Source of the DNA: Ginglymostoma cirratum
Lineage: Eukaryota
DNA length: 64,000 nt
Direction: 5' to 3'
Assembly: GCA_024137785.1 (NCBI GenBank)
Contig: JAHRHZ010000274.1
Span: 11,164,210-11,228,209, forward strand
The notes under the pieces are model-generated. The model was not told the origin of the DNA, did no database searches, and saw nothing but the letters and a program-made list of their open reading frames with translations. The translations under genes and the position numbers were made by a program. Within the stretch, counting starts at the first letter, position 1. The number at the start of each line of letters is the position of its first letter. This document shows positions 39,999-51,935 of the stretch, in pieces.

Positions 39999-40398
39999 NN
40001 NNNNNNNNNNNNNNNNNNNNNNNNNNNNNNNNNNNNNNNNNNNNNNNNNNNNNNNNNNNNNNNNNNNNNNNNNNNNNNNNNNNNNNNNNNNNNNNNNNNN
40101 NNNNNNNNNNNNNNNNNNNNNNNNNNNNNNNNNNNNNNNNNNNNNNNNNNNNNNNNNNNNNNNNNNNNNNNNNNNNNNNNNNNNNNNNNNNNNNNNNNNN
40201 NNNNNNNNNNNNNNNNNNNNNNNNNNNNNNNNNNNNNNNNNNNNNNNNNNNNNNNNNNNNNNNNNNNNNNNNNNNNNNNNNNNNNNNNNNNNNNNNNNNN
40301 NNNNNNNNNNNNNNNNNNNNNNNNNNNNNNNNNNNNNNNNNNNNNNNNNNNNNNNNNNNNNNNNNNNNNNNNNNNNNNNNNNNNNNNNNNNNNNNNNN
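39999..40398. other. Assembly gap (400 N)
   Basis: Run of N. Confidence 0.99.
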
Positions 40399-40908
40399 CG
40401 AAGAGGCGGGGATGGAGCCAGTAAAGGTGAGTGTAGGTAGGGGGGTAGGGAGGAGATAGGTCAGTCCAGGGAGGACGGACAGGTCAAGGGGGCGGGATGA
40501 TGTTAGTAGATAGGAGATGGGGGTGTGGCTTGAGGTGGGAGGAGGGGATAGGTGGGAGAAAAAACAGGTTAGGGAGGTGGAGATGAGCTGGGCTGGTTTT
40601 GGGATGCGGTTGGGGGAGGGGAGATTTTGAAGCTTGTGAACTACCTACCCCGCTACCTACACTCACCTTTAATGGCTCCATCCCCGCCTCTTCGACTTGT
40701 CTGCCTCCTCTCCACCTATCCTCTCCTCTATCCGCCTCCCCCTCTCTATTTATTTCACAACCCTCTTCCCCTCCCCCATTTCTGATGAAGGGTCTCGGCC
40801 CGAAATGCCAAGTTTTCCTGCTCCTATGATGCTGCTCGACCTGCTGTGTTCATCCAGCCCCACGCTTGTTATCTCGGATTCTCCAGCATCTGCAGTACCT
40901 TTTATCTC
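40399..40908. mobile_element. Penelope-like element with inverted arms, abutting the gap
   Basis: Minus arm 40399-40640 joined to plus arm 40641-40908. Hammerhead motif at 40782-40809 has a mutated cleavage site (GAAATGCC). Confidence 0.85.
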
Positions 40909-41835
40909 TGATACAATCCTCCACCATCAACATCTTTAGGGGCTACCATGAACCAAAAACTTAACTGGACTATTCATAAATAATGTGGCTAAAAGAGCAG
41001 TCCAATGACTGATCAGGTGGCAACTCATTTATCTGCTGACTCTCTGTCATCACTATCACTACTTCCCTGAATGAATGTAGCTCCTGTCACTTCCTGTTGT
41101 ATCTAACTGTGCCGGATTTTCTAATAATCTGAATTGTAACAGACCACACCCAGCTCCAAGACGTGATCATCAAGCAACTTCAATTCTGTCCAACAATGAG
41201 ACCAAGACTTACTGAAGATTTCAGAAGAACACTCAGGACAGGTTTGGGGGCACTGACAAAAAATTGAAACGTTAAAAGCAGCTGAAGGGCGGCTCAGACA
41301 GCGACAGAAACAGAAACAGATTCCTGGTTAGGCTGTGTTGCGTCAAGGTGCACTGCTGAGAAGGTAACCGAAATATACAGACTGTATGTGGAGGACTCAA
41401 TGAGAAGCCTCAAGAGGATGTGGAGATCTCTGTGCAATTAGATAGAACCGTAGAATCATTAGAGATGTACACCACAGAAACAGAGCCTTCATCCAACTCG
41501 TCTATGCTGAAAAGATATGCTAAATAAATCTAGTCCCATTTGCCAGCATTTGTCCCTTCATTCTTTAAACCCTTCCTATTCAAATATCCAATCAGATGTC
41601 TTTTAAATGTTGCAATTATACTAGCCTCCACCATTTCCTCTGACAGATTGTTCCATTCACGCACCACCCTCCACATGAAAAAGTTGCCCCATTAGTCCCT
41701 TTTAAATCTTGCCCCTCTCACCTTAAACCCTAGAAGTATTAGGAGTTAGTCATCCACTGAGTGTTGGAGTGAGGGCTCTGAAAATGTCTGGCAAGCTATC
41801 AAGGATCAGACGAAATCCTATGCCACTATTAGTTC

Positions 41836-41960
41836 AGATGTGGAGGTGCCAGTATTGGACTGGGGTGGACAAAGTCAGAAGTCACACGATGCCAGGTTGT
41901 AGTCCAACCGGTTTATTTGAAATCACAACCTTTTGGAGCACAGTCCCTTCATCAGGTGCA
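41836..41960 (-). mobile_element. 3' end of another Penelope-like family with a degenerate hammerhead
   Basis: rc cacCTGATGAagggactgtgctccAAAAggtt...aataaaccggttggactacaacctgg...ccccagtccaatactggcacctccacatc. Confidence 0.55.
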
Positions 41961-42860
41961 CAGAGAGAAGAGCACACAGACAGACTTTATAGGCAGAGAG
42001 ATCAAGGGCTGAGAGATCAAAAGATCATACATGGAGAGATTCGATAATCGCTTCCACTTAATTTGAGGTGGGGGTGGGGTGGGGAGGGGATGGATTTGCT
42101 TAGAAGTCCAACAGATCTATTTGATGTGCACTGTGGAATGTCAGTATCAGTGTTACCTATATGAACAACATATTTTGTGTAAAAAATTCTGTGTTAAAAA
42201 GCCTAAAGAACTGCAAGTGATAGAAATCTGAAACAAAAACAGAAATTGCTAGAAAATCTCAGCATGTCTGGCAGCATCTGTGTTGAGAACAGATAGCACT
42301 GTGGAACAATATTCACCACACAGTCGTGTTCTCAAGAGCAACTTGTGCGCACCCCCCCACCACCCGCCAAAATAAATGTTGCCTAGAACACTCACCCCGT
42401 TACCAAGTGTTATTTTCAACCCCTATAAATAGCTTCAGAGAAAAAGCACACCTTTCAAATCACCTGCACCACATTCTCATGAACATCAAATTATCACTAT
42501 CAACGCGCTTAAAACAGATTATGCCATAGAAATCTGACTTAGTTTTCTGGATGTCTAACACCATAAGCTAGTCATCCCCAGTCCTATTACACTTGGAAAT
42601 GTGGTGGACATATCATTTATAATGTTTGTTCGTTCAGCAATGATAGACTAACTTGTTGCTATAGGACCCTTCTGGTACAAAAAAAAACTTTACATAATTG
42701 CAAAAAACATTATTTTAAAAACACACAACTCTGCAGATTAGAAGTGCGCATCTCCTGAAACACTGACATTCTAATTAACTCTCATTTTCCCAATAACTTG
42801 GTGTAAATGTCAGTTACTCCCTACTTTCTGCATATAAACTGATGTTTTCCCAGGCACCAT

Positions 42861-42940
42861 CAGTTCTGAGGAAGGGTCACCGGACTCGAAACGTTAACTC
42901 TGTTTTTACCTTCACAGATGCTGTCAGACCTGCTGAGCTC
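42861..42940 (+). ncRNA. Hammerhead-cored mini-element, intact core at 42866-42895
   Basis: CAGUU-CUGAGGA-A-GGGUC(ACCG)GACUC-GAAA-CG-UU-AACU. Confidence 0.7.
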
Positions 42941-44469
42941 TGCCTATTTTCAGGTTTTCACATATAACTACAATGTTATTGTCTCCTTTCTTTGTACGTG
43001 CAGTGTGCTGCACATTGACACGTGGGTCATACAGCAATTTCTATTTTGTTTCTCAAGTACAGTTTATCACAACCGATGCTAGCACAACTTCAACTGTAAT
43101 CATAGTAACATCAACTACAACAATATTTAATTGCACTCATTTAGATGCCTACGTTTCCCACATCATACTGTGATCCAAGAATGACAGCCCTTGACATCAA
43201 GGCCTCATTTGACCAAATGTGGTATGAAGGAGCCCTAGCAAAACTAGCATTTTTTGGGAATCAGGGGCAATCTCTCCACTAATTGGAGTCATACCTGGCA
43301 CACAAGAAGATGGTTGTGGTTGCTGGAAGTCAATGATCTCAGCTCCAATACACGTCTGGAGTTTCTCAGGATATAGTGTCCTAGGCCCAAACATCATCAG
43401 CAGCTTCAATGACTTTCCCTCCATCATAAGGTCAAAAGTGGGGATGTTCACCAATGACTGCACATGTTCAGCATCATTCGTGACTCCTCAGATGCTGAAG
43501 CAGTCAATGTTCAAATGTAACAAGATCTGGACAATATCCAAGCTTAGGCTGACATGGCGCAAGTAACATGCATGCTACACAAATGCCAATTGAATTGCAG
43601 AGTATAGGTATCACTAGCATTTTATTACTCGATATTCACATCTTTGACGATGTGATAGAGGGTCATCCTGAGCAGCTGCATGTCAGATTGCTCCAGTACC
43701 TTCAGAATTCTGTTTGGGCAGAAGTCCTCTAAGTCCTGAAGAATAAGGAACTGAGATATATGCCCACTAGAAAATGGTGCGTAACATGAATGAGAGGTGA
43801 TGGTATCATGATGCAACAACTGCCTTTTTACTTCCGTAGTCACTGTCTCATGAACTGGTACCAAGAAGCTTTAGAAAAATAATACTGTGCACGTATTACA
43901 TGCCACAACCATGCTGATGTTAAAGCATTCTCTGCTCCTTCCAAGTGTTTTGTATTGATAAGGATGGTGTCAAGCTTCTCAACTGTGCTATATCTGAAAC
44001 CAACTTGGGGTTGCACTCTTGATGTGCCTTGTAGACCAAGCTTCTTTAGGAATTAGGGATAACCTAGACAGACACTGAATACCTTGCCCCTTACTTGATT
44101 TAGTAGCCATAACATTTATCTATATTGTCCAGGTGGGTTTCTTGTCAATACTGAAAGCTATCACAGCTCCACTCACATTTACAAACTTCAATCCTTTAAA
44201 TAGTCAGGAAAAAAGGAATCAAAGAAAAATCAAAAGCCTTCTTTTCCAAGAAATTCAGATAAAAGGATGAGCAATGACTAAATTTGATCCTTTTGTCCCC
44301 ACTGATTAGACCGCTTTAAAATTGATCCCTGGTTTCTTACTTGCTAATTATGTCTTTTTACCATATGGAGTGAGATACTTACCCTGCTTGCATCAGTACC
44401 TGCAATGTGACGTAGTCACGTCGTATACAAGACTGAGCATTAAAAGAGCGAGCAAAATCTTCGATCTGG

Positions 44470-44665
44470 ATAAAAATCGAAAGAACTGCAGATACGGTAA
44501 ATCAGGAGCAAAAATACAAGTTGCTGGAAAAGTTCAGCAGGTCTGGCAGCATCTGTGAAGAAAGTCAAAATCAGAGTGAACATTTCAGGCCTGGTGACCC
44601 TTCCTCAGAATGTTCTGCTGCCAAACCTGCTGAGCTCTTCCAGCAACTTCTGTTTTTGTACCTTC
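44470..44665. mobile_element. Fold-back hammerhead-family element with 8-bp TSD
   Basis: TSD cgatctgg at 44462-44469 and 44666-44673; inverted arms gttgctggaaaagttcagcaggtctggcagca / ctgccaaacctgctgagctcttccagcaac; degenerate core on the minus strand at about 44578-44608. Confidence 0.75.
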
Positions 44666-45029
44666 CGATCTGGGTTGGAAATCAAGATCAAACTGAAAAT
44701 TATCCAATTCCCTTTGATGCAGTTTTTAAAGCAAACTTCTGAGCTGAAGCAGAGCACAAGAATTCGGAGTAGATTGGCGCTGAAAAGACAGAGGAGGCTT
44801 AAGATGGGCTTGTGTGGGGGCACGACCACATTGGCTGTGTGGGTGAACCAGGCTGGTGAGTCAAGGGGTTCAGTGATATAATTAGCCAGGAGTTAAGTAG
44901 GTTTAAATTTCTGCGACAATTCCTAACTAACTAGTCACATAACCGCCAGAAGTCCCAAAGAAATTGACAGCGGATCAAGGACAGGGGCTAAGTAAAATTA
45001 CCTTAAATAAATCATCAATAATGGGGGGA

Positions 45030-47040
45030 CTAATGGAACTGAACAGTGACAAATTCCCAGAATTTGATGGTTTCTATGTAGGGGTATTGAAAGGGGGTAG
45101 CAAAACACATTGAAAGATTAGGATTAGGGCACTGGCAGAGTTCCTGGGTTCAGGAACTCATGAAACTCCATTCTTTAAGAGTGAGTGGGAAACCAGGGAA
45201 TTACAGACCAGTTAACCTGACATCAGTTGTTGGAATCTATAATCAAGGTTATGGTAACTGATCATGTTGAAACATTTCAGTTAATCAGAGGCAATCAGCA
45301 AAGACTTACGAAGGGTAAGTCTTCGCATCCGCTGTACCCGTTGTGGCCTCCTCTACATCGGCAAAACGAAGCGGAGGCTTGGGGACCGCTTTGCAGAACA
45401 CCCGCGCTCAGTTCGCAACAAACAACTGCACCTCCCAGTCGCGAACCATTTCAACTCCCCCTCCCATTCCTCAGACGACATGTCCATCCTGGGCCTCCTG
45501 CAATGCCACAGTGATGCCACCCGAAGGCTGCAGGAACAGCAAATCATATTCAGCCTGGGAACCCTGCAGCCCAATGGCATCAATGTGGTTTTCACAAGCT
45601 TCAAAATCTCCCCTCCCCCAACCGCATCCCAAAACCAGCCCAGCTCATCTCCACCTCCCTAACCTGTTTTGCCTCTCACCTATCCCTTCCTCCCACCTCA
45701 AGCCCCACCCTCATCTCCTATCTACTAACATCATCCCGCCCCCTTGACCTGTCCGTCCTCCCTGGACTGACCTATCTCCTCCCTACCCCCCCTACCTACA
45801 CTCACCTTTACTGGCTCCATCCCCGCCTCGTCGACTTGTCTGCCTCCTCTCCACCTATCCTCTCCTCTACCCATCCTCTATCCGCCTCCCCCTCTCTCCC
45901 TATTTATTTCAGAACCCTCTTCCCCTCCCCCATTTCTGATGAAGGGTCTCGGCCCGAAACGCCAAGTTTTCCTGCTCCTATGATGCTGCTTGACCTGCTG
46001 TGTTCATCCAGCCCCACGCTTGTTATCTTGGAATAATGGGTAATTACTCACATTGGCGGGACATGACTAGTAATGTCCTGCAAGGACCTCTGTTGGATCT
46101 CAATTATTCACAATATTAATAAGTTGGATAATAGCTTAAAAAGTCAAATGTCCAAATTTGCTAATGACAAAAATTGGGCAGCATTGTAGACAGTGTTGAT
46201 GACGACAAAATTACAACAGGATACCATTTGATTAGGTAAATGGGCAATGGGTAAAAGCTGCGGCAAATGGATTTTAATGTAAGCATGAGCGAGGTTATCC
46301 ATTTCAGAATGAAGAAGGATAGAGGAGGGTATTTTTAAGAAGGCACCAAGTTAACTACAGTGGATGACCTGCAAGATTTGGGGGGTGGGGTGGGGTGGGG
46401 TCCGGTTCAGGTGCATAGCTCTTTAAAATGTCATGAACAGGTACAGGAAATATTCAAGACAGAACGCTAGTCCTCATAAGGATGCAGATGTTATGCTGCA
46501 ATTATACAAAACCCTTCTTACAGTACTAAGAGCAGATCTGGACACCACACTTTAGGAAGGATGCTTTGGCCCTGGAGGGAGCACAGTGCAGGTCCATAAG
46601 GAGTCCTGGATTTTAGGGGTTAATTTGAGGAGAGATTAGAGAAATTAGGCCTTTATTCTCTGGAATTTAAAAGACTAAGGGGTGATCCAATTGAGATCTT
46701 CATATAGTAACAGGGTAAGATAGTTTACCTTTAGTACCCTACTTCCACTGATTAAAGATTCTAGAACCAACTGACATAAGAATTAGGGCCAGACCATTCA
46801 GAAGAAATATTAGAAGTCACTGTTACATACAAAGGGTAGTGGAGATTTGGAATTCTTCCTGAAATGGCTGTCGATACTAATTCAAATTTTAAATTTAAAT
46901 CTGAGATAGGCGCATTTTTGTTAAGGGCATCAAAGGATACCTTAGGGCAGGCATATGGACTTAGGCCAAAATCAGCCATGATCTTATTGAATTGCAGAGC
47001 TGGCTGAAGGAGGTAAATGGCCTACTCCTGTTCCTAAGTG
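45030..47040 (+). mobile_element. Decayed CR1 LINE interrupted by a PLE
   Basis: PGNYRPVNLTSV, LIRGNQQ, MSKFANDK motifs; 3' tail ggcctactcctgttccta. Confidence 0.8.
45322..46030 (+). mobile_element. 5'-truncated Penelope-like element (GIY-YIG C-terminal half and 3' end)
   Basis: Open frame RIRCTRCGLLYIGKTKRRLGDRFAEH...QPNGINV to 45662; hammerhead at 45936-45963 with mutated site (GAAACGCC). Confidence 0.9.
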
Positions 47041-47417
47041 TGTTCCAACAAGCCAAGGTTTCAACTCTGTGTATACCAGGTAACGGCCCAATTTTCAACT
47101 TTGCAGGCAATTACCATGGAATCAGCTGCATCGGGCTTCCACACGGCCCTGACCTGCAACTCCTGTCTGCAATGCGGAAACAACCAACTGCCCAACAGAA
47201 GGGCTGGACAACTGTATTACTCAAGTAGACACAAAAAAACACCCAGCCGATTTACCAGCAAAGTATACAATGGGTTAAGTGTGATATCAACAACACAAAA
47301 CAATTTTCAGTCATGAGATTAACAATGTAAAAACAAACAAAACCCTTTGGGAAGGTGAAGAAAAATATTTATCCCTGTGCTTGCATCCAGCACTCGGATT
47401 AACACTTCTTTCATCAA

Positions 47418-47614
47418 ACACAAAAACAGAAACTGTTGTGAAGCTCAGCAGGTCTGGCAGTATCTGTGGGAAGAAAGCATCACTGAAGAGTCAGTGAATT
47501 GATAACATGAACTCTGCTTTCTACCAACAGATGCTGACAGACCTGCTAAGTTTCACCAGCAATTTCCATTTTTGTTTCAGGTCTCCAGCATCCATCGTTC
47601 CTTGTTTTATTTGA
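47418..47614. mobile_element. Fold-back hammerhead-family element with 12-bp TSD
   Basis: TSD ttctttcatcaa (47406-47417) / ttcttccatcaa (47615-47626); inverted arms; degenerate core. Confidence 0.7.
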
Positions 47615-49636
47615 TTCTTCCATCAATTTGTTTGCTTTCATTTTTAGGTCCACACATTTGAATTTCTGTTTTTCCTTCTCCTGCTAATGCAGTGTTTTAA
47701 CATTTCCCAAATTTGATACATTAAAAAAAAGGGAGGAAAGCTCTAAGTATCAATTTCACTAGCAGCCAAGCTAGCAGAAAGTGCAAAGGAGATCACATTC
47801 CCTAAGACAGAGTTTAAACATTAGATTTTGTTATGCAGTCTCTTCCTAAGAAAATAAACCTTTTATTAAAATGTCCTGGAGTCATCCTTAGTGTCAGTAT
47901 TAAATTACCTACTGCATTTTGTTTTAAAAAGTGCTCCTCCATTTAAAGAATTTGGAATTACTTAATGCACTAATTTTTATCACCTTGGACTAAACAAGTT
48001 TTCCTTGTATTCTTCAACTTGCAGAACGTCACCTATTTTTCATCCTTACTAAATGCTGCTTAAAGGTTAGTCCATATTTTCACTACCTGGCAGCTCATTT
48101 GCTGCAGGACTATCCCCACTAGTCTCATGCATTTCATCTTACACCAGTCCCAATTCAACCAGAACATCATATACCATTCCACATCTCAACACCTTAGCAC
48201 CAATCCGTTAGCTTTCCAACCAGTGCAATGATTTTAAAGCACAAATCCTCCTCTTCAAATCTCTTCAGTTAAATGCTCCATTTCAGGTTGACAATTTCAT
48301 ACATCCTTAAGCCAACATTTTTTACTACTCCATTACGCAGTACATGCAGCTATCTAACTTCTCCAATACAATGGAAAAACCTTCAGCCACCACTATCCTT
48401 CCATTTTTGGAATTCTTGTCATTGACTTACATAACTCTTTGTCTTCAAAAAGAAAACCACTTTATACTTTGCCTTTTATTATTTCTTCAGTCACATCTCC
48501 AAATTAGCTCATATTTCCTACACTCAGATCTATTCAAATGGAACATGTCCAACATAACTGAGTTATTGCTGTCAAACTCTTAAGTCAGCATGGCTTAAAT
48601 AAAGTCTTGTCATGCTATCATCAATGATCCTCCTGAATGCTCCATTCCAAGTTCTTAGAAAAATTCATAAACCATTGATGGATAAAACAAAAATTATGAC
48701 ACAAAGGATTATTTCTACGTGATATGATCAGACTACCTGTTTACATGTTTTTAAGCTACCCTCAAGTCCAATACTAAATATGTATTTAAATATGTAAAAT
48801 CAAGATGTGCATTTTAACAGGTATTAAGCTCAACCACAATGATGTGACGATTTAGTTAGCAAATGTCTGTTGGGCTTCTTTTCCTTCCTCAAACTGATTT
48901 TAGTCTCATGTCATAATGTAGTTTAATTTCATGGAAGTCAATTTATTCTTTTCAAGTGAATAATGGTACGTTAGTCACATACTTAAATTGACAGATAAAT
49001 AGTTGTGGAATTTTTGTCTTCAGCTACAGTAAAGAGCGTTCACTTGTACAAATTTACACTATCTAAATTGTTTAAATCTATAGGTTTCAGTCAACACCAA
49101 CATTCAAAATAGTCAAAAATCTTACTTCTGAATCAGAATCTTATTTTTCCTATGCAAGGTTAAATATTACGTCAGTCACCTGTAGGCCAAAACAAGTGAA
49201 ATTGCCTGAAATTTTACATGTAATTGGCATAGCTCCAAAGTTAAGTACTAGTCAGGAATGAAACATATCTAGAACCAGCACATTTTGAACTCTCGTACTT
49301 ACTACCCAAGTCAAAGCTGATTTTATTCAAAACATTTGGCCCTTACATGGGCTTGTATCACAATATAACTTTGCTGCACATTTTTATGCAATCATCCAAG
49401 AGAAAATTCCATACTCAAATCCACAGGCTGAATTTACAAGTCACAAATGCAAGATTCTGACATTCCTTTCTTAACCAAAATGAAATAAACAATCACTTGT
49501 ATATACGTTGAAATAAATGTTTCTAAAAGTTGAGAAATACGTTAAAAAATTATATACAGAGGGTAAGTATGTTTGTTTTCCATCTTTATACATTTTTGTA
49601 CCCTTAGGAGATATTTTTCAGAATAGGTTGGAGTCA

Positions 49637-51295
49637 CTGAGGTTAAGTTTTTTTACACATAGCTGGAGCTGATATCTTGGTTAGATTGTCAGTTAGATCT
49701 TTTTTTAAATGAATCTTGGATGGAAAAAGATCAAAACTTGTTCATTGCACCAATACAGAAAAGTGTAGTGGCCTCCCATAATGATCAAACTGCTTGAAGA
49801 GAGTCGTAAATGCTTCTTCTGTGGCCAATGAGCTATGGTATGGGACTTGAACCCATAACGTTTGGTTGTGAGGGATGCTGCCACTGAGCCACTGACCTTG
49901 ACAAAAGTACAAGGAGTCACCAAAGTAAATTGCACTGTAATCACAGAAGAAAGCTGGGTCAAATTATGGTTTGATTTATTATTGTCACATGTACCTACGT
50001 ACAGTAAAGTGTTTTATTTTGTGGGCAGTACAGGCAGATCATACCATACAAAGTACATAAGGGTAATACAATAAAGGAGGAATACAACGTTGTTACAGCT
50101 ACACAGAAGGTGCACAACGAGTGAGATCATCAGTAATTCTGAAATTTGAAAGGCCCTCAGAAGTCTAATAACAACGGTGAAGGAGCTGTTCTTGAATCTG
50201 TTGGTCTGTATGTTTAAGCTTCTCTATCTTCTGCCTGCAATAAGAGGTTGTAAGAGATTATAACTGGTGAGAGACGGGTCTATGATCATGCAGGCTGCCT
50301 TTCCAAAGCAGCAAGTATACTTAGAGTCAACGGATAGAAGATTGGCTTGCGTGATGGGTTGGGCTGTGTTCACAACTCTCTGGAGTTTCTTAAGATCCTG
50401 GAAAGAGCAGTTGTCATATCACACTGTGATGCATCTGAATAGAATACTTTCCATGGTGCATCTATAAGAGTCTTTATAGACATGCCAAATTTCCTTAGTC
50501 TGAGGAAATAGAGGCACTGTTGTGTTTTCTTGACTGTCGCATACGTGCGTGGACCCGGGCAGATTGATGACAGGCGCTCCTAGGAACTTGACACAATCTT
50601 CCATGTCCATCTCAGCTTCACTGATGTAGATAGGAACATGCATTCAACCTTGCTACCTGAACTCAATGACCAGCTCTTTCGTTTTCCTGACTTTGAAGGA
50701 GAGATCATTATCTTTACAACATGCCCTCTCTTTCCTGTGTTCTGTCTTGTCATTGTTTGAGGTCCAGCCTACAACAGTGATGTTGTCAGCAAACTTGTCG
50801 CTGGAATCAGGATAAAATTTGGCAACACAGTCATGTGGGTACAGGGAATATAGTAAGGGGTTTGAGTACGTGGTCTTGTGGGGTCCCAGTGTTGAGGATT
50901 GTCATTGAGGAGGTACTGTTGCCTATTCTCACCGATTGCGATCTGTGGGTCAAGAAGTCGAGGATCCAGTTGCAGAGAGACCTAGGTCTCGGATTTGACG
51001 AGGTCAACGTCAAGAGAACTAGCGTGGACTTGAAACAAGGAGAAAAGATGTAAAAAGGGAAACTGGAGATGAATGGGTTAAATGGTAATACATCATGACC
51101 ATTCTTACATTCACAAATTCCTTTTCAAAACAACTTTGTCTTGACTCGTCTTATGGGAGGCCACTACACTTTTCTGTATTGGTGCAATGAACAAGTTTTG
51201 ATCTTTTTCCATCCAAGATTCATTTAAAAAAAGATCTAACTGACAATCTAACCAAGATATCAGCTCCAGCTATGTGTAAAAAAACTTAACCTCAG
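49637..51295. repeat. Perfect 145-bp inverted repeat (49637-49781 / 51151-51295) with a 1369-bp spacer
   Basis: Base-by-base reverse-complement match by eye, including homopolymer lengths. Confidence 0.92.
49965..50985 (-). mobile_element. Rex1/Babar-type LINE 3' fragment
   Basis: [34 protein letters not shown]; MEDCVKFLG; YRCTMESIL. Confidence 0.75.
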
Positions 51296-51719
51296 AATCC
51301 ACTTCAAAGCCTACCAGCTAACCACAGAGCAGCATTAATGAAGCATTCATAGTTCAAATCTATCCTGGAACCAGTGCTCACAGTGTACATTACAGAAGCT
51401 AAACAAATGAGAACAACTACATTTTTAAAAAAACTAATTCACCTGGGAACAAAACTTCTGTATGCGCTTGAGAAAACCTGTTTTTCCAGTAAGCAAAATC
51501 CAAAAAATACCAGATATAAAAACTGAAATCTTTCAGCAGGTCAAACAAGCAATAGAACAGTTGAAGCAGAAAAGAGAATTGTAAGTAGCCTTTGGGGTGG
51601 GAAATAAATAGTTTATGAAGCAAGGGGAACTACAATGATGTTGTTACATAAAGTCATTTACAAGAAAACATTTACACAAACTTGTTGAATTCTCTGCAAA
51701 TCATAACTTTTATAGTTGT

Positions 51720-51935
51720 TGTAGTCCCAGAGGACCACAGGGGTACTCTCACAGTAGAGAGAGAGGTAACTGGTGATGGTTTAACTTAAGTGTCACCATA
51801 TCCCAGGATTGGAGCAAGGTTGAGAAGGCAGGACCTCCATGGTGACTTCAGCCAATAGAGCAACTGAAGCTATGCTGTTGGTGTCACTCTGCATCAGAAA
51901 TCAGCCATCCAGCTAACTGAGCTAACCGACCCCCG
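51720..51935 (-). mobile_element. tRNA-derived SINE (related copies at 59770-59960 minus and about 61995-62210 plus)
   Basis: rc ggggtcggttagctcagttagctggatggctg head; shared block gactggt.atggtttaac. Confidence 0.6.

Noticed and set aside
39965-40459. ORFs of 151-164 aa
   Set aside because: Artefacts of the N gap.
49637-51295. DNA transposon with 145-bp TIRs
   Set aside because: No TSD, no transposase, and the interior is an old LINE fragment; kept instead as an inverted duplication.
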